This document shows, in pieces, positions 11,506 through 19,736 of a stretch of DNA of 19,736 bases; position 1 is the first letter of the stretch, and each line of letters begins with the position of its first letter. A program made the position numbers and the translations under genes. This stretch comes from Zygophlyctis sp. KS116 (Eukaryota > Fungi > Chytridiomycota). The stretch is from the NCBI GenBank assembly GCA_054661495.1, contig BAAFSQ010000186.1:1-19736 (forward strand). Direction: 5' to 3'. The notes under the pieces are model-generated. The model saw nothing but the letters and a program-made list of their open reading frames with translations. It was not told the DNA's origin and searched no databases.

Positions 11506-11723
11506 TGTTACTAGGTCTTTATTATGTCGAAATTTATAGATACATGTAACCAGGACTATTCAGATTTTATTATAATACAGTTTGTATTCAGGAATCAATA
11601 AATCCAATAATTCAAACGATTCTCATCCAAAGCGTGCAATTATTGTCTCATAGAACGCGTGCAATTCAGTAATTGACCAATATTTATTAAAATATCTGCC
11701 CGCAAAATATTTACTACGCTACA

Positions 11724-12296
11724 TTATGTAACGTATAAATTCTTATCTTCGCAATCAAAGTCCACGCTTTCATTATCCTCTTCTGACACGGGATTAGAGT
11801 CATTATCCTCTTCTGACAAAGGATTCGAGATGAGTAAAGTAGAACCAATCCCACCACCAACCAATCCAAGACTCGCCGAGACACCACTAGACATACCAGA
11901 AGCTCCAATAGATTGTAGGATAGCACATAAACTTCCAGAAGTGACATTTCCTCCATAAGAGCTCATTAATGCCGCAGCAGGAGATCCTACCAAAATCCCT
12001 GCAGCTTCGAATCCAGCACCAAGAATAGACACTGTAGTCAGTAAAGGAAAAAGTATTGACCCGCCAACAAAACCAAGTTGAGCCAACCCATGGCCTTCCA
12101 AGAATTGCTTTTGAGTTTGTAGAGCTGAAGAATGATCTCCAAGCGACGCTTCAACAACCGAACGAAGTTGAGAGACTACAAGACACTCTTTTGAGAAATT
12201 TTCTTGAGTTCTTAAAGCAGAATCCATATCACCACAACCTGCCTGTACAGCAGATTTGATTTGTGAAATCACAGGGACAGTATTGACGTTTCCCAT
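11724..12296 (-). CDS. IFI27/ISG12 (Ifi-6-16)-like small membrane protein with N-terminal tandem repeat
   Basis: GFEAAGILVGSPAAALMSSYGGNVTSGSLCAILQSIGASG matches the ISG12 motif. The likely start is MGNVNT at 12296. The C-terminal tail is acidic. Confidence 0.8.
   Translation of the reverse strand: MGNVNTVPVISQIKSAVQAGCGDMDSALRTQENFSKECLVVSQLRSVVEASLGDHSSALQTQKQFLEGHGLAQLGFVGGSILFPLLTTVSILGAGFEAAGILVGSPAAALMSSYGGNVTSGSLCAILQSIGASGMSSGVSASLGLVGGGIGSTLLISNPLSEEDNDSNPVSEEDNESVDFDCEDKNLYVT
11770..11829. repeat. 30-bp tandem duplication (2 copies) encoding SNPxSEEDNx
   Basis: TCATTATCCTCTTCTGACACGGGATTAGAG followed by TCATTATCCTCTTCTGACAAAGGATTCGAG. Confidence 0.9.
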
Positions 12297-12452
12297 TTTT
12301 AACCTGATACAGACTCTACCACCCACCACAAATAAAACTCCATTAAATCAATCAAATTAGGGGAATGTTTACTCATTGACGGCCCTGATCAATGTCAATG
12401 TCAATGCTCGTAGAGTCTTTAAGCCGCATATTTATACCTGTCAAACTCTAAG

Positions 12453-13076
12453 ATGACATTGTCTCTAGATGATAAAAGATTAGATTCTGGAATTCTAAAT
12501 TCTTTAAATAGTTGCTTGTGGATCTCTTTCAAGAGTTTAGGAAATGAAATTACTGCTCTTGGAGAGTTGTCTGGACATGAATTACGTGTAAAATCTAAAG
12601 ATTCAAATAGAGCTGTTGTATCTTGTTCTAGATCTGGAATTTATTCACCATCAGGAAAAAAGAGAGTTACTTCTACTATAAAATGTAATTGTCCATTCAA
12701 GATCAATTTAAAAAAAAGTATTTTTTATAATTTATAATTTCTATAGATGAAAATAATCTCTGGAGAGTTTATAATTATCAGTTGGAACATAATCATGATG
12801 TTTCATTAACTGCAGGTCTTATAAAATCTTATAAAAAACTTTCAACATTGATTTGGAATGATTTAAGGGATGGAATTATTAGTGGAATCATGCCAAAAGC
12901 ATTGATTTCTCAAATCAAGGAAAGTCATCCATTGGCACGTAGAGTAATTTTTATTAGATTTTACATAATAGGTGACAGATTTAGTTTTCAAGAATGCAAT
13001 TCAAAAGATTAAACGAGATTTGAGATCTTGTTCTAGATCAGACATGATGAGAATTCAGTTTATAGTCAACTCTTAA
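12453..13076 (+). CDS. MULE-derived FAR1/AFT-like (WRKY-GCM1 fold) DNA-binding protein; exons 12453-12717, 12747-12943, 12972-13076
   Basis: CSRSG...TIKCNCPFKINLKK|NENNLWRV...LEHNH is the C..C..HxH Zn-ribbon of MULE/FAR1 N-termini, followed by a helical region (GIMPKALI...VTDLVFKNAIQKIKR). Introns are 12718-12746 (29 nt) and 12944-12971 (28 nt). No DDE catalytic domain follows. Confidence 0.7.
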
Positions 13077-13164
13077 AACCTACATTTTATATTTTGTGAA
13101 ACCTTGACTCCAAGGCAAATTTCAGAAAATAAAGCAAAGTCCAGGGCTAGACCCTACAAGAAAA

Positions 13165-14818
13165 ATGTCAAAACTGTCGCTTCCTCCTCCAAGAGTCTCT
13201 AAATGGGCAATTCCACAAGAACAAAAACAGATGAAATCAAAATCAGACATTGGCCCTCCTCCATACGGTAAACGTTTAAATTTCTTTCCTAAATCTGTTT
13301 TGGATTTTGGAGATGGAGGTGCTTTTCCAGAAATTCATTTGACTCAGTTCCCCTTAAACATGGGAAAATCTACTTCAGGTCCAGGAGTCAAGGGAACTCT
13401 TGCATTGGAAACTTTGGAAAATGGGAAAATAAAGTATGATTTAATTCTCTCGGCAAAAGATTCCAATTCAATCATCAAATCTTCTTTAAAGGATTTAACT
13501 CCAATGGATATTCCTCAAGATGGATTACATGCAAGACCGTCGGAAGAAGAAGTCAAGGAAACTACAGATAGGACTAGAGCTGCTATAGAAGCAATTGTTG
13601 ATTGTAAGTTTTTTATTTACTTAAACTAGTTAAAATTCAAGCTACTCAGCCAAAACAATCTGCTGTAGTCTCAAAACAGAATGGAGAAGCTACTTATGTT
13701 AGGTATACTCCTGCAAATTCTTCTGCATCTGATGGATCTGGGACAAAGATTATCAAAATGTCAGAGGCTCCAGTTGATCCTTTTGAACCACCAAAGTACA
13801 AGATTAAAAAAGTTCCAAGAGGTCCTCCGTCTCCTCCTCCTCCAGTCTTGCATTCTCCTCCACGTAAAGTTTCTGCAGAAGAACAAAAGAATTGGGTTAT
13901 TCCTGCTTGTGTTTCTAATTGGAAAAATGCTAAAGGTTATACAATTCCTTTGGATAAGAGATTGGCTGCAGATGGTAGAGGACTTCATGATGTGACTATT
14001 AATGATAATTTTGCAAAGTTATCAGAAGCCTTATTTATTGCTGATAAACATGCAAGAGATGAGGTTAAACTCAGGGCTGAAATGGCTAATAAACTAGCTG
14101 CAAAAGAAAAAAAAGACAAGGAAGAAAAGTTGCGTTTATTGGCTCAAAAGGCTCGAGAAGAAAGAGCAGGTCTTGTATCTGGAAATGTTGCTCCTCTTGG
14201 TCTTTCTGGATATTCATCAGATGGATCTGAAGAGTCTCGTGAATTATCAAAGGAAGAAGCTCGACAATTAGCAGATCGTGAAGAAATAAGAAAGGAAAGA
14301 GAAAAACAAAGACAGCGTGAAATTAGAATATCTCACATGAGTGCTGATACAAAATCTAGAATTCTTTCTGACAGGTATATTAAAATCTTTTATCTTTTAG
14401 TGGTGAACGTGATGTCTCTGAAAAAATCGCACTTGGAATTGCACAACCTACTCTTTCTAAAGAGGCCATGTTTGATGCCCGTCTCTTTAACCAATCTCAT
14501 GGAATGTCTTCAGGATTTGGCGACGAGGAAGACTATTCATTGTATGATAAACCTCTTTTCACAGGAACAACTTCATCTGCAATATATCGTCCTTCAAAAG
14601 CATCTGCCGAGGCAGCAGTTGCAGGAGTAGACATGAATACAGTAGAAGCTATAGTATCTGCTCCATCTAGGGGATTCTCTGGAACTGAAGACAGAGAAGT
14701 AGTTAGGGATGGACCTGTACAATTTGAAAAAGAAGCAGATCCATTTGGATTTAGTGAATTTATGGGATCTGCAAAACGAGGCCGAGAACACGAAGAAGAA
14801 AATCACCGCAAAAAGTAA
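13165..14818 (+). CDS. PRP45: Pre-mRNA splicing factor Prp45/SKIP (SNW domain); exons 13165-13603, 13630-14374, 14401-14818
   Basis: Motifs: PPYGKR; DFGDGGAFPEIH; YVRYTP; DPFEPPK; PPSPPPPVLHSPPRK; SNWKNAKGYTIPLDKRLAADGRGL; ERDVSEKIALG; FDARLFNQ; RDGPVQFEK. Two 26-nt introns lie at 13604-13629 and 14375-14400. Confidence 0.97.
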
Positions 14819-14827
14819 AAAATAAAA

Positions 14828-15480
14828 ATGATTTATGCCTTGATTCTCTTGTTTCTCAGCGTCGCCTTTGCAAAAGGTCCAGTAGTAACTTCTACTGTTG
14901 TAATGACCATTGCACAGGGCGATAAAGAGCTTGGAACTATTAAAATTGGTATTAAACGTCTCTAAATTTAGGACTTTTTGGTAAAACTGTTCCCAAAACT
15001 GCAGAAAACTTTCGTGCACTTTGTACTGGAGAAAAAGGATTTGGATATGTAGGCTCAAAATTTCATAGAGTCATTCCAAACTTTATGATTCAAGGCGGTG
15101 ATTTTACTCATGTAAGCTCTCAAGTGTCTTGATGTTTTAGGGTAATGGTATGGGTGGGAAATCCATTTACGGTGCCAAGTTTGCTGATGAGAATTTCAAA
15201 TTAACTCATTCTAGACCAGGACTTTTATCTATGGCTAATTCAGGTAAAGATACTAATGGATCTCAATTTTTTATAACCACTGGTAATTTATTAAAATTTT
15301 ATTCTAGTTGTGACTTCATGGTTGGATGGTAAACATGTTGTATTTGGTGAAGTTTTGGAAGGAATGGACATTGTCAGTAAAATTGAACAATCTCCAACCA
15401 ATATTGAAAATAATAAGCCTGAAGTAGATATTGTGATTAAGGACTGTGTTGAATTAGATCGTACAGAACCTGATCTTTAA
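14828..15480 (+). CDS. ER-type cyclophilin B (PPIase); exons 14828-14948, 14972-15111, 15141-15282, 15308-15480
   Basis: Signal peptide [15 protein letters not shown], then G|[42 protein letters not shown]|[21 protein letters not shown]|[14 protein letters not shown], ending in TEPDL*. Introns are 23, 29 and 25 nt. The ORF track missed most of this gene. Confidence 0.96.
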
Positions 15481-15551
15481 CACGAATACTTAACTTTAAA
15501 GCGCGTATTGTCGTAAAATCCAAAAATCACCTTGACCATAGCCTACTTCAA

Positions 15552-16766
15552 ATGAGTTTTGCGTTTGTTTCGCTCATAACTTCTGATGAGTATCTTCCTG
15601 GAGCCATTTGTTTATCTAAATCCTTGAAATCAATTTATCCATTGATAATACTAGCGGTTCCTGAAAAACTAAGCACGTCGACAGTTAATGCGTTGTACGA
15701 ATCTTTTGATTCTGTGATTTTTGTGTCTGAAATAAAATCAAATCAGTTCAAGGAATTGGATTTGTTGGGAAGAAGAGATCTAAATTCTACACTTACAAAG
15801 ATTCACTGTTTTAATCCTCAGATTATTAAATATGATTGCATTTGCTATTTGGACGCTGATGTTTTGGTTTTAGAAAATATTGACAAGATTTTTGATTACT
15901 TGAAGGATCCGCAAGTAATGTTCGCGGCGGCACCTGATGTTGGTTGGCCAGATTGTTTTAATTCTGGTGTTTTTGTAACTCGGCCTTCAGTATCATTGTT
16001 TCTTGGGTTAGTGGATCTAAATAAGAAGGTGGGATCTTTTGATGGTGGTGATCAGGGATTACTAAACTCATTCTTTTCTAATTGGTCTGGTCACGCAAAG
16101 GCAAATTCTCCAAAATCAGTCCGATTACCATTTACATTTAATGTAACTCCGACTGCGTTTTACTCTTATCTTCCTGCATTTGCAGAATTTAATGATAAAA
16201 TATCTTGTATTCATTTTATTGGAAAGGAGAAACCATGGGATTATGAAAGATTTGCTGATGGAGGTGTTATTCCTAGGTAACTTTGAAATCTTAGTAATAG
16301 AGGTTCTGTTGAAAATCGGACACTTGATATGATTCAAAAATGGTGGAATGCTTTTGATGGTGATAAAAGGCAAAAGTCTATTGGGGCTAAACAGTCTTTA
16401 GAGAGGGGTAAAAAGAATTCTACAACCTTTCAGAAAGTTTCATGGGGATCACAAGATGTTTATCATATTGATAGATCAAAATCACCACAAAAAGAACAGC
16501 ATGACCTATCTTTAAAAGAATCTCAAGTTAAAAAGGAGCAAGGATCTTCCGGGTTTGGGAATTATAGAGCAAATTGGAATCCTGAAGAATTATCTTCTCG
16601 TAGACCTTTATCTCCTGAAAAGCAATATATAAAAGGGAATGTACAGAGTCTGGAAACTCCTTATCAGAAATTCGAGAAGAGCATTTCTTCTCATGCAAAG
16701 AAAGTAGAAGAAAATCCTCCAGAATCATTTTCTGAATATTCAGTTTCGTGGGACGATTCAATCTAA
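15552..16766 (+). CDS. Glycogenin (GT8 self-glucosylating initiator); exons 15552-16276, 16301-16766
   Basis: Motifs: AFVSLITSDEYLPGA; LLGRRDLNSTLTKIH; YLDAD (DxD); AAAPDVGWPDCFNSGVFV; SFDGGDQGLLN; YSYLPAF; HFIGKEKPW. A 24-nt intron at 16277-16300 joins the low-complexity C-terminus. Confidence 0.93.
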
Positions 16767-17013
16767 TAGAGAATTTAGGATATAATGTGTTTTTCGTTGA
16801 AATTGATTTTATTCAGCTCTTGATTTTCCTTTTAAGCATCTTATAGTGTGTAAAAAATCAGACAAATGATTTGAATATTATCTGCTGGACGTTTTTATCA
16901 CAATTACGACAAGGCTGTCCGATTTGAATACCCTTTTATTTAACAGAGACTATTTTTTGAGCAATTATCCATTATATCACATAAATGATTATTCAAATGA
17001 AATATATTCTGAA

Positions 17014-17469
17014 TTAGAAAAATAAAAGACATATTAGTGCCAACATTCCAGGCATACAGTTAAACCCAGATGATGGTTTAACTGCATCTGTCTGTTTGGC
17101 CCCTGATGTACTTTGAGCTACAACTGCTGATGTAGTTGGACTGATTTCATTTACTGGAACATTGCAATAATCTGTCTTGCATATAAATACATCCATATAA
17201 GGATTTCCTACAACGCCTTTTAAGCTATTCATACTATCCGCCAGTTGAGCATTACCAACTATATAAGCTGTCTTTGTGGTTCCAGCTGCTTGTTCATCAG
17301 GAGTACATGCATTATCATTGGCTGAACAGGCAAATCTGTATCTGATACAAGTATCTTCTTCGAATTCCAATGATGCTTTTATCACATTATTAGCAAACCC
17401 ATTATAACACTTGATTGCTGCAGAAGAAGATATCAAAAAGGCAGAGATGATCAGTGTAGAATATTTCAT
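17014..17469 (-). CDS. Secreted GPI-anchored Cys-rich protein with Ly6/uPAR-like boundary motifs
   Basis: Signal peptide MKYSTLIISAFLISSSAA; the mature domain runs from IKCYNG to CKTDYCN. An S/T linker and hydrophobic tail SSGFNCMPGMLALICLLFF follow. Confidence 0.85.
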   Translation of the reverse strand: MKYSTLIISAFLISSSAAIKCYNGFANNVIKASLEFEEDTCIRYRFACSANDNACTPDEQAAGTTKTAYIVGNAQLADSMNSLKGVVGNPYMDVFICKTDYCNVPVNEISPTTSAVVAQSTSGAKQTDAVKPSSGFNCMPGMLALICLLFF

Positions 17470-18029
17470 TTTATTTAGATGATGACGTGGGCTAAAAATA
17501 GAAACATCAATGACGAGTAAATCTAAAAATATGTCCGAACACAACAAACACATTATTTAAGAATTGATTCGTGAGTGATTATGGAGATCTTTGAATAATG
17601 AGACTTAGCATTTTGGTTAACAGTCGCATGCTGATCTAAGATATATATTGCTGAAACTTTTTACTATCTTGCAACGATCTTATGCGTCATTCTCCTTTAC
17701 CGGCAAAGGCGCATCATCATTTAAATGTTTATGAATTCCATTTACAACCATATCATCACTTGATTGTCTCTACAGAGGGAAAATAAAAGTTTGCTTTAGA
17801 AAAACTGAGAATCTACCAAAAAATGCATTGATTAAAATAACACCAATACTTCCTCCAACTACTCCGTCGATTATAATTGAATTACTATCAATCGGGAGCT
17901 GTGGGAGTTGGGAATGATGGAATGGCAGGAAAAGTGAATAACGTCCCAACCTTAATTATTGGTTGGAAGGATATCAGTAAAATGGTTTAACTTAATCTAC
18001 GAGCACCATGACCCTGTACTCGAACATAA

Positions 18030-19308
18030 ATGAATATTGAAAGAGAAATCACTCACTTATGCATGGCCTGCGGATCTGCATTCACAACGACGGGATCTTT
18101 TAACAAACATGTTAAAAAGGCCCAGTCAGATGAAGGCGAAGGTGGCTACCATGGAATCATAAAACTCAAAGATAAAAAAGGTCCAAATGTGGAATATTCT
18201 ATTAAAGAAGACATTAAACAAATAATTATTCTTCAAGAGGTAATCAATAAAAACAGGTTAATATTAAGAAAATGCTATCAAAGCTTACACCTGATTCCTA
18301 TGTGAGCCCAGATATTGTTGGTCAAAATATGATTATGAATCAGAATCAAATACGATTGAATCAAACCATGGAAATGCTGAATGTAAGTTTCCAAATTTAA
18401 ACATTGTAGGATGCAAATACCTGTGTTTCCAGAAGACTTTCTTTTGAATATGCTAATGAAAGAGTCCTGATGGATGCAAGATGTGACTACATGTCTCAAC
18501 ATCCTTTACTAACACCTGGGCATAGAAAAAAACTTATAAAATGGATGCATGAGGTAATTTAGAATAAATTTTCATTCAAAAAGGTGGTTCATGAAAACCA
18601 GCTTCAAAGAGAAACCTTTTATTTGTCAGTACATTATCTGGACATATATCTAAGTAAGAAAAGTAATGTCCCTGATGATCGTAATTTTCAGGTTATCGGG
18701 GCTGTTGCATTGTTTTTAGCTAGAAAGATGGAGGTAAAAAATAAGTTATTGCTGATCATTAGGAACAGAAAGACTTACCAATAGACATATTATTTGAATT
18801 TTTAAATCAAACAGAAGGAGATCTTTCTGTCGATCTCTCAAGAGAGATTTTCGATATTGAATTTGAAATGGTTATGTTGGTTGACAATCTCACTATTCAT
18901 TCAGCATATGGTTTCTTACGATCTTATTGTCAATTGGTCAACATCAAAAATGGATATTCGAACAGATTTCAGGTAGAAAACATGGATGCTATGATGATTG
19001 ATCCCTGACTACAATTCTATTAAGTTCAAAAATAGTTTGGTAGCTTCAGCAATTTTTTATCTTAGCTATCAGAATTGTAATATGATGTATAAGTTTAATT
19101 GATAGCCATTCTGGAGTCTAGATTTGAAGAAATTACTAAATATAGCTTTAGTCAACTCACAGAAATATTGGATTGGATGCAATCTAATCATTACTGGAAT
19201 GAAACAAAACATTTTATTTCTGATCTCTATCCTGATAACTCAAAAAAGTATGATTTTATGAATGAAATGGAACATGAAAATTGTAATAAATGTTCAGATA
19301 ATAATTGA
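18030..19308 (+). CDS. Cyclin E-like protein with N-terminal Zn-finger-like motif (3' structure partly uncertain)
   Basis: Spliced sequence: YMSQHPLLTPGHRKKLIKWMHE|VVHENQLQRETFYLSVHYLDIYLS...FQVIGAVALFLARKME|EQ...FKNSLVASAIFY...ITKYSFSQLTEILDWM. Introns: 18240-18268, 18383-18409, 18554-18583, 18734-18762, 19077-19105 (27-30 nt). A frame break at about 18973-19024 is either a 52-nt intron or a frameshift. Confidence 0.8.
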
Positions 19309-19469
19309 TTTGAATAGCAGTTTATAATTGAGCTTTTTTGAGAATTACTTGTGTCCGATTTCATTTGAAGGAGCTCTTCACAAGTTGAAAAATATTTTGC
19401 GTTTTTTTAAATAACTAATTTCAAAATTAAAACAGACTCTGATTTTGTATTTGAGATAACTGCATTTGG

Positions 19470-19690
19470 ATTTGATTTGGATTTTTCGGATGGGAAATTT
19501 TGAAAGAGTTTCAGCCTACTTAGAACCGTTTAAAATTGCCTCGGATATGACTTGTGCTGAAGAAATTCTGAATCAGTAGAAAAAATAATTCAAGCTGTAG
19601 AACACATATAATGCATGTATTATCATCCAGTTGAAGAGAATATGCAATAGCAATCGATTCGGACACAAAGTTCTTTGCATAACATTTTTC
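19470..19690 (+). mobile_element. Possible second, highly decayed hAT transposase fragment
   Basis: ERVSAYLEPFKIASDMTCAE and YAIAIDSDTKF resemble the hAT motifs L.PF..AT and Y.IA..LDPRF. There are many stops. Confidence 0.4.
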
Positions 19691-19736
19691 AAAAAACAAA
19701 AAATAATCTCGAAAAAAAAGACTACCTTTATTTTCC

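Noticed and set aside
13165-15480. PRP45/SKIP next to a cyclophilin as a spliceosomal SKIP-PPIL1 pair
   Set aside because: The cyclophilin has a signal peptide and is the ER cyclophilin B type, not PPIL1.
17810-17940. Minus-strand transmembrane-like peptide IIDGVVGGSIGVILINAFFG
   Set aside because: It is flanked by stops with no start or gene model, and is at best a tiny relic.
717-18502. Antisense or off-frame ORFs (e.g. 717-917, 1257-1559, 1862-2086, 6747-6968, 7721-8053, 10007-10249, 11714-11956, 12056-12259, 13681-13995, 14594-15058, 16125-16373, 16528-16761, 18278-18502)
   Set aside because: They are shadows of real genes or transposons and have no recognisable motifs.
1-19736. Prokaryotic origin, alternative genetic code or widespread programmed frameshifting as the cause of fragmented ORFs
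   Set aside because: GT-AG micro-introns restore the frames, the genes are eukaryotic, and TAA/TGA act as normal stops. No CRISPR array, rRNA or tRNA was seen.

Overview
AT-rich eukaryotic DNA using the standard genetic code. It is most likely from an early-diverging (chytrid-like) fungus, inferred from a fungal-type ILV1, glycogenin, PRP45 and an animal-like cyclin E. Bases 1-5670 are a nest of decayed transposons: three Ty1/copia fragments, a Helitron PIF1 helicase fragment, and a hAT element inserted inside a copia RT. Bases 5714-19330 are very densely packed host genes: acyltransferase-3 (probably disrupted), a PASK/PIM-like kinase, two GPI-anchored Cys-rich proteins, threonine dehydratase ILV1, an IFI27/ISG12-like protein, a MULE-derived DNA-binding protein, PRP45/SNW1, ER cyclophilin B, glycogenin and a Zn-finger/cyclin E-like gene. 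The most striking features are 22 GT-AG introns of only 23-30 nt, which explain the fragmented ORF track, and a same-strand gene run with intergenic gaps down to 9 nt. All calls come from manual reading and motif recall; no database searches were run.
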